Source: Thermoplasmata archaeon (lineage in GTDB: Archaea > Thermoplasmatota > Thermoplasmata > UBA10834). From it: DNA of 32,144 bases. A program made the translations under genes and the position numbers. The stretch covers positions 1 to 32,144 of the forward strand of contig JBFEPA010000002.1 of NCBI GenBank assembly GCA_041550275.1. The letters run 5' to 3'. The notes beneath the pieces were generated by a model that searched no databases, had not been told where the DNA came from, and saw nothing but the letters and a program-made list of their open reading frames with translations. Of this stretch, positions 1-9,226 are shown one piece after another. Numbering within the stretch: position 1 is the first letter of the stretch; each line of letters starts with the position of its first letter.

Positions 1-930
1 CTCCCGTGGGACTTGAACGGGAAGGTGATGGAAACCGCTGCTGAGGAAGGCGTCAACTACGTAGATTTCTGCATAACGAAGGAGGCGTTCGACGATTTCG
101 ACAAGATCGATCGGATGTGCCGAGACGCAGGGATAACCGCAATCACCGCAGTTGGACTTGAGCCTGGAATATCAGACACGCTCGCCAGATACGCCGCCAA
201 TAAACTGGACAGCGTAGAGGAGGCGCATGTGATCGATGGTGACAACGGAACGGTGGAGGGCGGTGGATTCGTCCTCACATGGTCACCGGTGGACTGGATC
301 GACGAGCTCTGTGTTCCTGCTGCGGTGTACAGAGAGGGGAAGATAGAGTATGTACCACCACTTCACGAGAAGGAGATCTATGAGTTCCCCCAGCCGCTAG
401 GCAGGCTTCCAGTCTACAAGACGCTCCATGATGAGACATTCCTCATGCCCAAACACATCGAAGGAATCCGAAACGCTGATTTCCGTATAGGGGTTGACGA
501 CGAATTCGCCAACTTGGCACGAATCGTCAAGAAGCTCGGACTCAACAGCAAGAAGCCGGTGAACGTCAAGGGAGTCGTGGTACGCCCACTGGATGTCGTC
601 GTCGCTCTGTTGCCGAGACCGGTGGACCTTGCGGGGAAGATCAAGGGAGAAGGGGGCACCGTAGTCGAGATTGTCGGTCAGAAGGATGGTAAGAGAACAA
701 TGGTGAGGATGTGGGCGTTCGCGTCGCATGAGAAGGCATACGCCCGATATGGCACCAATGCCACGGGCTATCTCGTCGGCATAGGCGGCGCAGTCCCGAC
801 GGAAATGCTCGTCGAGGGAATCGTCACGGAGAAAGGATTGCTCGTGCCCGAGCAACTTCCTGCCGAGGAGTTCGTCAGGAGGCTCAAAGACAAAGGGCTC
901 GAAGTGAACGAGGAAATCGCAACAATCTAG
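1..930 (+). CDS. Saccharopine dehydrogenase-like NAD(P) oxidoreductase, 5'-truncated by the window edge
   Basis: The frame is open from nt 1 (LPWD precedes the listed TTG at 13). The C-terminal-domain-like sequence (GLEPGISDTLARY, TWSP, VYKTLHDE) resembles the saccharopine/carboxynorspermidine dehydrogenase family. Family call is from memory only. Confidence 0.65.
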   Translation, partial: LPWDLNGKVMETAAEEGVNYVDFCITKEAFDDFDKIDRMCRDAGITAITAVGLEPGISDTLARYAANKLDSVEEAHVIDGDNGTVEGGGFVLTWSPVDWIDELCVPAAVYREGKIEYVPPLHEKEIYEFPQPLGRLPVYKTLHDETFLMPKHIEGIRNADFRIGVDDEFANLARIVKKLGLNSKKPVNVKGVVVRPLDVVVALLPRPVDLAGKIKGEGGTVVEIVGQKDGKRTMVRMWAFASHEKAYARYGTNATGYLVGIGGAVPTEMLVEGIVTEKGLLVPEQLPAEEFVRRLKDKGLEVNEEIATI

Positions 931-1499
931 TCCACAATCGGGGGGCTCTCCTGTGGCTCAGGCGAAGCGCGCAGCGCTTCTTTGACGGCTATGTAGGTCA
1001 TGAACGTAAAAGTGGCTCCGATAATGCCTCCAATGATGCCAAGAGCCAGGAAGGCTGCTCCTATGCCGTCGTCGATCCATCCCACAAGCCACTGAAGAAA
1101 CGACGGAAGGACATCGGCGACATACTCGAAATCAAAAGGGAACCTGACGAACAGCACCGCGTGTGCAATAGTGAATAGGAGGAAACTGGCAACATCCAGT
1201 GGTCTAAGGATGTTGCGTCTGCGGACGATAACCCTGAGGACAGCTAATAGGACGGCGAAGCCTCCAGCAGAGAACAGCATGGTCATCTCGAGGGAGCCGA
1301 ACTCGGACGTATAGAACCCTGTGTCCTCCAGCTTGTGAGCGACGAAGAACCAAAGCAGCGAGGATATGAACACTAGCCCCACGAACTCGCCTATGATGTC
1401 CGGCCATCCGATCCTGTCCTTCTTCGCCTCTTTGTTCCCGAGCACGATGATCCATCGTTTGAGGCTCGGGGGAACGGATGGCGTGATTGGCTCCTGCAT
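927..1499 (-). CDS. Hypothetical integral membrane protein (about 4-5 predicted TM helices)
   Basis: 190-aa ORF with several long hydrophobic stretches (FVGLVFISSLLWFFV, MLFSAGGFAVLLAVL, FLLFTIAHAVLFV, AAFLALGIIGGIIGATFTFMTYI). No recognisable motif. Its ATG at 1499 lies ~28 nt from an ATTTAA box. Confidence 0.5.
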   Translation of the reverse strand: MQEPITPSVPPSLKRWIIVLGNKEAKKDRIGWPDIIGEFVGLVFISSLLWFFVAHKLEDTGFYTSEFGSLEMTMLFSAGGFAVLLAVLRVIVRRRNILRPLDVASFLLFTIAHAVLFVRFPFDFEYVADVLPSFLQWLVGWIDDGIGAAFLALGIIGGIIGATFTFMTYIAVKEALRASPEPQESPPIVD

Positions 1500-1533
1500 G
1501 CTTACCTGGAACGCACTGCGACCGATTTAACCT

Positions 1534-1560
1534 TAATGTGTCCATGGCGATGGCACATTA
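1534..1560. promoter_or_regulatory. Imperfect palindrome TAATGTGtCCAT-GGCG-ATGGCACATTA between divergent promoters (candidate operator)
   Basis: Perfect 7-bp arms TAATGTG (1534-1540) and CACATTA (1554-1560). The arms extend through CCAT/ATGG with one bulged T. It sits between the TATA-like boxes of the minus-strand membrane gene and of hypB. Confidence 0.3.
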
Positions 1561-1563
1561 GGG

Positions 1564-1576
1564 CGAAAAGATTATT
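1564..1576 (+). promoter_or_regulatory. BRE/TATA-like box (CGAAAA-GATTATT) for the hyp operon; spacing implies a leaderless hypB mRNA
   Basis: The A/T-rich box is centred ~28 nt upstream of the hypB ATG (1601). The same CGAAAA-G-(A/T-rich) pattern recurs upstream of mobA. No SD is present before hypB. Confidence 0.3.
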
Positions 1577-1600
1577 CTGCCAGGCCCGCTTCTCCGCAAC

Positions 1601-2251
1601 ATGCACAAGGTAGTCACGGTCGACATGGAGAAGGATATACTCGCGGCCAACCAACAGCTAGCCGATGAGAACAAAGCTCTGCTGGAGGAGCATGGCATCA
1701 GGTCATTTGACTTCCTGGGGGCAATAGGTTCTGGCAAGACGCTCATCATCGAGAAGCTCGTCGAGCGGTTGAAGGCCAAAGGCAAGAGGTGTGCCGCCAT
1801 AGCTGGCGACGTGTCAGGGGACGACGACTACAGACGTTTCACTTTCCACGACATCCCTGCGGTCAATGTCAGCACGGGCAAGGAGTGCCATCTGGATGCA
1901 CATCTCGTTGATCATGCGCTCGAGAAGCTGCCGCTCCACGAGTTGGACTACCTCTTCATCGAGAATGTCGGCAACCTGGTCTGCCCGGTCGACTTCCCGC
2001 TCGGCTCACATACGCGGGTCGTGGTGATAAGCGTGACCGAGGGAGACGACATGGTCAGGAAGCATCCTGCGATATTCGCGTTTTCCGATGTGATAGTGAT
2101 AAACAAGATCGACCTTGCGGATGCCATGCAGGTCGACCCGTCTGTTCTCGAGAGCGACGCGAGGAAGATCAATCCGAGAGCGAAGATCGTTACCATGGGT
2201 GCTAGGGGGGATGTGGGCATCGACGAACTGCTCTCATCGCTCGGGCTCTAG
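1601..2251 (+). CDS. hypB: HypB, [NiFe]-hydrogenase nickel-insertion GTPase
   Basis: P-loop GAIGSGKT, plus ENVGNLVCP and VINKIDL motifs typical of HypB/UreG-type G3E GTPases. First gene of the hypBFCAD order. Confidence 0.9.
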   Translation: MHKVVTVDMEKDILAANQQLADENKALLEEHGIRSFDFLGAIGSGKTLIIEKLVERLKAKGKRCAAIAGDVSGDDDYRRFTFHDIPAVNVSTGKECHLDAHLVDHALEKLPLHELDYLFIENVGNLVCPVDFPLGSHTRVVVISVTEGDDMVRKHPAIFAFSDVIVINKIDLADAMQVDPSVLESDARKINPRAKIVTMGARGDVGIDELLSSLGL

Positions 2252-2261
2252 GGGCCGCAAG

Positions 2262-4469
2262 ATGAAGATAACTGTATACGGTGTCGTACAGGGTGTCGGG
2301 TTCCGGCCGACCGTCTACAGGGTAGCCAAGGCAATGGAGCTGACGGGCTACGTCCAGAACAACGGGTCGAATGTCGAGATATTTGTGGACCGCGACGCCG
2401 ACGAGTTTCTGTCGAAGCTCAGGGAGGCACTACCCGCTCTGGCGCGCATAGACAGGGCGGAGGTCGAGGAGTGCGACGGAGGCTACCCGGACTTCACCAT
2501 CGTGCCGAGCGCGCAGGGTAGGAGGGTCTCACTGATACCGACCGACACTGCACTCTGCCCGAGCTGTGCGCGGGATTTCAAGACTACGGAAGACAAGAGG
2601 CATCTGTACCCTTTCACGAACTGCACGGAGTGCGGTGCGCGATTCACCGTCATAACCGATGTCCCTTTCGACCGCGACAGAACCAGCATGTCAAGATTCA
2701 AGATGTGCGAGTCGTGCTTGACAGAGTACGGGTCTCCCGCAGACAGGAGGTTTCATGCGCAAACGATCTCATGCCCAGAATGCGGACCCAGATACGAACT
2801 CTGGGATGAGAAGGGCAACAGCGTGTCCGGGGACCCATTCGTTTTGTTCTCTCAGTGGATAGACGATGGACTGGTCGGCATATTGAAGGGTTGGGGGGGC
2901 ATGCACATAGTCTGCGCCCTCGAGAACTCGTCGAGACTGCGAAGCATCTATCGCAGAGGAGACAAGCCCTATGCCATCATGGCGAAGGACCTCGAATCCG
3001 CCAGACGATACGCCTCGGTGAGTGAGGAGGAGGGGGCGATGCTCACGTCGCCTCAGCGGCCGATAGTGCTGTTGAGGAAAGCCGATGGCGCTGTACCTAG
3101 ACTGGAGGGGGTCGCCCCGGGCTTGGGCAACGTCGGCGTCATGTTGCCGTACTCTGCTGCACATATGCTTCTGTTCACTCATCTCGACGCGGATGCCGTG
3201 ATAATGACTTCTGCGAACCCTCCAGGGGAGCCCATGGTCACGGAGAACCAAAGGGCGCTCGACCTCGGGCTGGACTGTTACCTCATGCACAACCGAGACA
3301 TAATACACCGATGCGATGACAGCGTGGTCAAACCACGAGGCAGCACATACACATTCATCAGGAAATCCCGTGGCTTCGTTCCAGTTCCGCTCCAGACCGG
3401 GCACGACAAGACCGTAATAGGCGTTGGTGCGCAGTGGGACGTGACAGCGTCGATAACGAGGAACGGGGAGATCTTCCTGACGCAGTACATCGGAGAGTCG
3501 CAGCAACACCCGACGCTCCACTTCCTCGGAGACGCGATACATCATCTGTCGAGGCTGCTGGGAATCCATGAGGTTGACGCAATCGCACTGGACAAACATC
3601 CTAGATACTCCACGAGGATAATGGCCAAACGGCTGGCAAAGGAATACGATTGCGAGATGGTTGAGGTGCAACACTATCACGCACACGCTGCGTCGTTGAT
3701 GGTGGACAGTATGATAGATAACCCGATTGTCTGCCTGACATGGGACGGCACTGGGTATGGTGACGACGGCACTTCGTGGGGCGGGGAGACATTGCTCGCG
3801 GACTTCACGAGATACGAAAGGCTCTGCGCGCTTCAGAACATCCCACTCCTGGGAGGAGACCGGGCCGTTCTGAACCCGAAACGCGTTGTGACCGCGCTGC
3901 AGCTGATGACAGGGGCGGAACCGACCCTTGTTAGGCACGAAGAGGTCGACGTCTACTCAAAGATGCTCTCCAAGAGCGTCGTCACTTCCAGCATGGGGCG
4001 GGTGCTCGATGCGGTCTCATGCATACTCGATATCTGCTGCAAACGGACCTACGAGGGTGAGCCTGCAATCAAGCTTGAGAGATGGTTGGAGAGAGGGGCG
4101 GTCGGCAAGGACTTCGAGTTCGCATTCGAGACGAGGGACGGGATTGAGCACGCCATGACCGTGCCCATGCTCAGCATGCTGCTCGAAGCGAGGCGCGACT
4201 CCGATCAGCGGAGGGCGGACCTTGCAGCTTCGTTCGTCTGCTCGCTCGTCACGGCACTGACTGAGAGGGCATGCGACATTGCAGACAAGAAGGGTATCGA
4301 GTGCGTCGGCTTGACGGGCGGGGTCTCCTACAGCAACCCGATCGCGGATTGGGTCCAGAGGGCCGTGGAGGGGAGCGGGCACACGTTCGTCTGTCACGAA
4401 CGAGTGCCCAACGGCGACGGAGGGATATCCGTCGGTCAGAATGCGATAGCTGGCAGCAGGCTCGGCTAA
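2262..4469 (+). CDS. hypF: HypF carbamoyltransferase (CN-ligand synthesis)
   Basis: Acylphosphatase-like N-terminus (VYGVVQGVGFRP). Two zinc-finger pairs (CPSC...CTEC and CESC...CPEC). YrdC-like and Kae1-like C-terminal parts. The start is set to ATG 2262 because the 49 upstream codons of the listed ORF overlap hypB; an AGGGG SD lies 7 nt upstream. Confidence 0.92.
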   Translation: MKITVYGVVQGVGFRPTVYRVAKAMELTGYVQNNGSNVEIFVDRDADEFLSKLREALPALARIDRAEVEECDGGYPDFTIVPSAQGRRVSLIPTDTALCPSCARDFKTTEDKRHLYPFTNCTECGARFTVITDVPFDRDRTSMSRFKMCESCLTEYGSPADRRFHAQTISCPECGPRYELWDEKGNSVSGDPFVLFSQWIDDGLVGILKGWGGMHIVCALENSSRLRSIYRRGDKPYAIMAKDLESARRYASVSEEEGAMLTSPQRPIVLLRKADGAVPRLEGVAPGLGNVGVMLPYSAAHMLLFTHLDADAVIMTSANPPGEPMVTENQRALDLGLDCYLMHNRDIIHRCDDSVVKPRGSTYTFIRKSRGFVPVPLQTGHDKTVIGVGAQWDVTASITRNGEIFLTQYIGESQQHPTLHFLGDAIHHLSRLLGIHEVDAIALDKHPRYSTRIMAKRLAKEYDCEMVEVQHYHAHAASLMVDSMIDNPIVCLTWDGTGYGDDGTSWGGETLLADFTRYERLCALQNIPLLGGDRAVLNPKRVVTALQLMTGAEPTLVRHEEVDVYSKMLSKSVVTSSMGRVLDAVSCILDICCKRTYEGEPAIKLERWLERGAVGKDFEFAFETRDGIEHAMTVPMLSMLLEARRDSDQRRADLAASFVCSLVTALTERACDIADKKGIECVGLTGGVSYSNPIADWVQRAVEGSGHTFVCHERVPNGDGGISVGQNAIAGSRLG

Positions 4470-4504
4470 AACTATATGAACGGACCACTCATACCGACGA
4501 CCCG

Positions 4505-4732
4505 ATGTGTCTAGCCGTTCCAGCAGAGATAAAGTCCATAGACGGCGTGACCGCCAAGGTCGACTTCGGCGGTGTCATCAGACCTGTGAACATCTCCCTG
4601 GTCAGCGCGAAGGTCGGAGAATTCGTCATCGTGCACGCAGGGTATGCGATCGAGGTGCTCGACCGTGAGGAGGCTGAGAGGACTCTTCAGCTATTCCGCG
4701 AGCTGCTATCGCAGGACGACATCGAGGCGTAG
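4505..4732 (+). CDS. hypC: HypC/HupF hydrogenase assembly chaperone
   Basis: MCLAVPAEI N-terminus (essential Cys2), ~75 aa, typical HypC length. The listed longer ORF (4271) is an Arg-rich out-of-context extension. Confidence 0.9.
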   Translation: MCLAVPAEIKSIDGVTAKVDFGGVIRPVNISLVSAKVGEFVIVHAGYAIEVLDREEAERTLQLFRELLSQDDIEA

Positions 4733-4735
4733 GCC

Positions 4736-5110
4736 ATGCACGAATTCTCCGTTATGAGCCAGATTGTCAGCAGCGTAATCGAGGAGGGGAAGGCGAGGAA
4801 CGCCTCGAAGATCGAGAAGGTCACGCTCGAGCTTGGAGAGTTCATGATGCTAGGGCACGACCAGCTGAAGTTCGCCTTTAAGTTGCTGTCCAAGGACACC
4901 ATCCTGGACGGTGCCGCGCTCGATATCAGAACTATAAGGGGGGAGGTTGAGTGCGGGTGCGGATTCAAGGGAGCGGCTTCGCCGACTGACGACTCGCTTC
5001 ATCAGCTTACATCGTCCTTCGAATGCCCGAAATGCGGCGGCCTCGCAAAGGTCACAGGCGGCCGAGATTGCATCATAAGAAACATCAGCATGGTGGTGCC
5101 TGATGTTTAG
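4736..5110 (+). CDS. hypA: HypA nickel metallochaperone
   Basis: MHEFS N-terminus (MHE nickel motif) and a C-terminal Cys cluster (ECGCG ... CPKCGG). Lies between hypC and hypD. Confidence 0.88.
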   Translation: MHEFSVMSQIVSSVIEEGKARNASKIEKVTLELGEFMMLGHDQLKFAFKLLSKDTILDGAALDIRTIRGEVECGCGFKGAASPTDDSLHQLTSSFECPKCGGLAKVTGGRDCIIRNISMVVPDV

Positions 5111-6188
5111 GTTGAGGGACAAGGAGATGTCCCGCAAGATCATGGGCGAGCTGGAAAGGATGCGGCTCGACATAACGCTGATGCACGTGTGCGGCACTCA
5201 TCAGGATACTCTGATAAGGTTCGGCCTCGACGGCGAATTCCAGAGGGTGGGGATTGACATTCGTCAAGGCCCGGGATGCCCGGTATGCGTAACGCCTCCT
5301 AAAGAAATCGAGGCGGCGATGGCTCTGGCCAGGGCTGGGATTACAATCGCCGCCTTTGGGGACCTGATGAAAGTGCCGGGCGAGACTCAATCCCTGAACG
5401 ACATAAAGGCCGAAGGAGGCGACGTCCGAATTGTATTCGGCGTTGATGACGCTGTGGACCTCGCCAGGAGAATCCGAGGAGAAGTGGTCTTCGTGGGTAT
5501 AGGCTTTGAGACGACGGCGCCCACGACGGCCTCCGCTCTGTTGTCGAGTCCGCCGGAGAACTTCTCCGTCCTGAGCTGCCACAGAACCGTCCCTCCCGCA
5601 CTGGAGGCGATATCCTCCATGGGTGAGATCAGACTCAATGGCATGATTCAGCCTGGCCATGTCAGCACGATCATAGGCACCGCTCCCTATGAGTTCCTTT
5701 CGAAGGAGCACGGAATCCCCCAGGTAGTCGCGGGATTCGAACCATTGGATCTCATGATGGGAGTATTCATGCTGGCAAAGCAGCATTCAGAGGGGAGGGC
5801 CGAGGTCCAGAACGAATATTCCCGGGTGGTGAGACCTGAAGGCAACCCTGGAGCACTTCTTGCGATGAGGAGGGCATTCACACCGGTGAATGCGCCCTGG
5901 CGTGGGTTCCCGGTGATACCCAATAGCGGCCTGCAGGTGAAGGACGATCTCGAGCATCACGACGCAGCTAAGAGGTTCTCCGAAGTCATAACCCCTGTAC
6001 TAGAAAGGGAATACGTGGAGCCCGTGGGATGCAGATGCGGCGAGATGTTGAGGGGCATCATCACCAGCGAGGATTGTCCCCTGTTTGGCACGATGTGCAC
6101 ACCTAAGAGCCCGATCGGACCATGCATGGTATCGCGCGAGGGAAGCTGCTACATTTCTCACCGGTACCGTCGGTCGAAAAGGGTGTAA
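5103..6188 (+). CDS. hypD: HypD Fe-S scaffold protein
   Basis: GPGCPVCVTP and GIGFETTAPT motifs, with Cys-rich C-terminal CRCGEML...CPLFG...C. Overlaps the hypA stop by 8 nt. Confidence 0.92.
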   Translation: MFRLRDKEMSRKIMGELERMRLDITLMHVCGTHQDTLIRFGLDGEFQRVGIDIRQGPGCPVCVTPPKEIEAAMALARAGITIAAFGDLMKVPGETQSLNDIKAEGGDVRIVFGVDDAVDLARRIRGEVVFVGIGFETTAPTTASALLSSPPENFSVLSCHRTVPPALEAISSMGEIRLNGMIQPGHVSTIIGTAPYEFLSKEHGIPQVVAGFEPLDLMMGVFMLAKQHSEGRAEVQNEYSRVVRPEGNPGALLAMRRAFTPVNAPWRGFPVIPNSGLQVKDDLEHHDAAKRFSEVITPVLEREYVEPVGCRCGEMLRGIITSEDCPLFGTMCTPKSPIGPCMVSREGSCYISHRYRRSKRV

Positions 6189-6407
6189 CGATATCCGGCA
6201 GCGGCATCAGGGTACACCTCGCGAGTGGAAAGAGGGCGAAAAGCTGCGCAACCTTCGCCGCGCCCAAATGACGAGATGGATTCATCGCGAGACCTGGAAA
6301 TAACGGATTTCGAATATCCTGGTGGATATCAGCACAACATACTATCCCTTGATAAGGTGCAACCTAACGATTATCGCTAAATACGCTGCGTTTTTCGAAA
6401 CATGGAC

Positions 6408-6423
6408 AACGAAACCTATATTA
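6408..6423 (+). promoter_or_regulatory. BRE/TATA-like box (AACGAAAC-C-TATATTA) for the hdr/mvh gene train
   Basis: It is the only strong A/T box in the 363-nt hypD-hdrA spacer. The AACGAAAC 8-mer recurs at 15263-15270. It would give a ~100-nt 5' leader before the hdrA ATG at 6552. Confidence 0.3.
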
Positions 6424-6551
6424 GGAGTCCCTTTATTACACCCTCCCGTCAGGATTGCCAGAGCCGAGTGGATGCGCCAGACTGACACGGCGATCTCTGC
6501 GGGGTCACTCGGGCTGTGTCAATTCATTTGGCCCCAGCCAGGAGGGGAATC

Positions 6552-8645
6552 ATGAATTCAGATGGACCACTCGGAGAGAATGCCACGGGAGAATCGCGGA
6601 TGCCGCACACGAAGGATTCACCGGCACCAAGGATCGGGGTTTTTGTATGTCATTGCGGCAGCAATATCGCTGGCACAGTTGACCCTTCCAAGGTAAGGGA
6701 GGCTGCCGAGAAGGTCCCAGGCGTTGTTATTGCAAAGGAGAACAAGTACACCTGCTCCGATCTCGGCCAGGATGAGATAATCAAGGCGATCAGAGAAAAC
6801 GATGTTGACAGGGTCGTCGTCGCCGCATGTTCCCCAAGGATGCACGAACCGACTTTCAGGAGTTGCATCCAGGAGGCCGGTCTGAACCCATATATGCTGC
6901 AAATGGTAAACCTCAGAGAGCAGTGTTCGTGGGTTCACTCTCGAGAGAAAGACAAGGCGACAGCGAAAGCTGCCGACCTGGTGAGGATGGGTATCGCGAA
7001 GGCGACAAAGCTCGTACCTCTGGAAGCCAGAGAGGTGCCCGTCGAGCAATCCTCGATGGTGATTGGAGCGGGCGTGGCAGGCATCCAGGCTGCACTCGAT
7101 TTGGCCCAGATGGGGTTTAAAGTGTATGTCGTCGAGTCCGAGCCGAGCATCGGAGGGCGCATGGCACAGCTGGACAAGACTTTCCCCACCGGTGATTGTG
7201 CAATTTGCATACTGGCCCCGAAGATGGTCGAGATGGCGAGACATCCAAACATCACGCTCTTTTCGTATTCAGAAGTGGAGGAAGTCAAAGGCTTCATAGG
7301 CAGCTACACTGTGAAGATAAGGAGAAAGGCCCGCTATGTCGTAGAGGACAAGTGCGTCGGTTGCGGTGTCTGCGTGGATGCTTGTCCAGTCAAGGTGGAT
7401 AACGAATTCGACATGGGCTTCGGGAAGAGAAAGGCGATTTACGTGCCATTCCCGCAAGCGGTGCCGCTCAAGTACACCATAGACAGAGACAACTGCATCT
7501 TCTTCAAGACCGGCAAGTGCAAAGCCTGTGTCAAGGCATGCGCGAATGAAGCGATTGATCACGAGATGGAGGACGAGTTGGTCGAGCTCAAGGTTGGCAC
7601 GATAATCTGCGCCACAGGGTTTGACACCTACATCCCGATGAAGCGCGGGGTCTACAAGTACTGGGAATACCAGAACGTGATCACGGCCCTTGAGCTCGAG
7701 CGATTGTTGAATGCATCCGGACCGACCGGTGGACATCTCATCAGACCTTCCGATGGGAAGACGCCGAAGAGAGTCGCATTCATACAGTGCGTCGGCTCGA
7801 GGAACAAGAAGATCGGCACAAACTACTGCTCACGCGTCTGCTGCATGTACTCGATCAAGAACGCGCAGATAATCAAGGAGCACGAGCCTGACACCGAGAT
7901 CGCCGTCTACTACAACGATATCCGGGCGTTTGGCAAAGGCTTCGAGGAGCTGTACCATCGCGTCAGAGAGGAATACGGGGTCGAGTTCATAAGAGGACGG
8001 CCTGCGAAGCTGAGCCAGAACGCAGATACAAATTCCATCACGATAAGAGCGGAGGAGACCCTGCTCAACAAGATCACCGAGAGAGAGTTCGACCTGATAG
8101 TGCTAGCGACTGGACTCACACCTTCCGAGGGAAGCAAGAGGATCAGCAAGATACTCTCCTTATCTCTCAGTCCAGATGGCTTCTTCATGGAGGCTCATCC
8201 GAAGCTAAGACCAGTCGATACGGCCATCGACGGCATCTATCTTGCCGGATGCGCTCAGGGTCCCAAGGACATCCCTGATTCAGTAGCCCAGGCGAAGGCG
8301 GCAGCCGCATCCGCAGCCTCGATTATGGCAGGTAAGAAGGTGAAGATCGAACCCTTGACCGCGCTGGTCGATGAGAACCTCTGCATAGGATGCGGGCTGT
8401 GCGTCGAGATGTGCCCCTATAGCGCCCCCGAGATTGTCGACAGCGATGGAAAAACTAAGGCGAAGATCATAGAAGCGCTCTGCCATGGGTGTGGAACCTG
8501 CGTTGCCGCATGCCCGCAGAAAGCCATAACAGCGAACCAGTTCACTGACGAGCAGATAGCATCCGAAATCGTCTCGGCTCTTGAAGGCGACGGAGTGGAA
8601 ACTGATAAGGCGAAGAGGGCCGCAAAGAAGGCGGAGGAGGCGTGA
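6552..8645 (+). CDS. hdrA: HdrA, canonical heterodisulfide reductase flavoprotein subunit (unit 1)
   Basis: All canonical parts are in one ORF. N-domain [15 protein letters not shown]...CSPRMH...[11 protein letters not shown] module [15 protein letters not shown]...[19 protein letters not shown]. Inserted ferredoxin [12 protein letters not shown] / C..C..C. QCVGSR...CSRVCC motif. C-terminal ferredoxin [12 protein letters not shown] / [15 protein letters not shown] 6552 follows GGAGGGG; ATG 6600 is an alternative start. Confidence 0.92.
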   Translation: MNSDGPLGENATGESRMPHTKDSPAPRIGVFVCHCGSNIAGTVDPSKVREAAEKVPGVVIAKENKYTCSDLGQDEIIKAIRENDVDRVVVAACSPRMHEPTFRSCIQEAGLNPYMLQMVNLREQCSWVHSREKDKATAKAADLVRMGIAKATKLVPLEAREVPVEQSSMVIGAGVAGIQAALDLAQMGFKVYVVESEPSIGGRMAQLDKTFPTGDCAICILAPKMVEMARHPNITLFSYSEVEEVKGFIGSYTVKIRRKARYVVEDKCVGCGVCVDACPVKVDNEFDMGFGKRKAIYVPFPQAVPLKYTIDRDNCIFFKTGKCKACVKACANEAIDHEMEDELVELKVGTIICATGFDTYIPMKRGVYKYWEYQNVITALELERLLNASGPTGGHLIRPSDGKTPKRVAFIQCVGSRNKKIGTNYCSRVCCMYSIKNAQIIKEHEPDTEIAVYYNDIRAFGKGFEELYHRVREEYGVEFIRGRPAKLSQNADTNSITIRAEETLLNKITEREFDLIVLATGLTPSEGSKRISKILSLSLSPDGFFMEAHPKLRPVDTAIDGIYLAGCAQGPKDIPDSVAQAKAAAASAASIMAGKKVKIEPLTALVDENLCIGCGLCVEMCPYSAPEIVDSDGKTKAKIIEALCHGCGTCVAACPQKAITANQFTDEQIASEIVSALEGDGVETDKAKRAAKKAEEA

Positions 8646-8647
8646 TT

Positions 8648-9226
8648 ATGGGAGAAGCTGAGAAGACCTTCATCAGTGGCCTGCACGAGAAGCTGGTCGA
8701 AGACAAGGTCATCGATGAGTCACAACTTGAGCCGGAATTCGCCAAGGAGATTGTGAAGCATGGAGGCAAGGATGTCATGACTTGTCTCCAATGCGGCAAC
8801 TGCACAGGTGTCTGTCCGATCAGCCTCAAGATCGACTATAAGACCAGGAGCATAATCAAGTTCTGTCAATTCGGGCTGAAGAAATTCACCCTCGGAACCA
8901 GGTGGGTTTGTGCCACGTGCTACAGGTGCTATGAGCACTGTCCGGCAGACATCAACCCAGCTGAGGTGATGATAGCGCTCAGGCACATCGCAGTCAAGGA
9001 GGGAGTGATACCTCCGTTCATCAAAATGGCCGCGACGAACCTAGTGAAGTATGGCCAGAGCGTGAAGCCAGACCCCGAGATAGAGCGGGTCAGGAAGGAG
9101 CTCGAGCTGGGTGAAATACCGTCACGGAGTCAGGAATACTCGAAGGTCGTCCGGGAGATCAATCTGCTGATTCGTTCGACCGGTTATGATAAGCTCATAG
9201 GCATAGAAAGCGAGGTGAAGATTTGA
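8648..9226 (+). CDS. hdrC: HdrC, 2x[4Fe-4S] subunit
   Basis: CLQCGNCTGVCP and CATCYRCYEHCP motifs, ~190 aa. ATG 8648 lies 7 nt after GGAGGAGG; the listed GTG at 8642 is too close to the SD. Confidence 0.88.
   Translation: MGEAEKTFISGLHEKLVEDKVIDESQLEPEFAKEIVKHGGKDVMTCLQCGNCTGVCPISLKIDYKTRSIIKFCQFGLKKFTLGTRWVCATCYRCYEHCPADINPAEVMIALRHIAVKEGVIPPFIKMAATNLVKYGQSVKPDPEIERVRKELELGEIPSRSQEYSKVVREINLLIRSTGYDKLIGIESEVKI

Noticed and set aside
2115-2261. N-terminal extensions of listed ORFs (2115 for hypF, 4271 for hypC, 9915 for mvhD copy 1, 19927 for mvhD copy 3, 6516 for hdrA, 29561-30325 for membrane paralogue B).
   Set aside because: The extensions overlap the preceding gene, encode Arg/Gly/Pro-rich junk and lack an SD. 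Internal ATGs with an SD or paralogue-matching N-termini fit much better.
2769-3938. Long antisense ORFs opposite well-supported genes. Examples: 2769-3938, 5085-5786, 13096-13845, 16391-17147, 18591-19433, 19897-20799, 20409-21536, 21993-22634, 22677-23399, 24569-25498.
   Set aside because: Their products are Arg/His/Leu/Val-rich with no recognisable motifs. Each lies fully inside a sense gene that has strong family signatures. This is typical of shadow ORFs in GC-rich, codon-biased DNA.
6304-6320. tRNA-like T-arm (GGAT-TTCGAAT-ATCC).
   Set aside because: The sequence about 48 nt upstream (around 6256) cannot pair with the would-be 3' acceptor strand. No D-arm or anticodon arm could be built. 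It is better explained as part of the ATATCC/GGATAT palindrome.
6322-6682. Small ORFs in the hypD-hdrA spacer (6322-6555, 6455-6682, also 6085-6303).
   Set aside because: They have no SD or promoter logic and an odd composition, and they overlap the predicted promoter/leader and the hdrA start. They are more likely non-coding.
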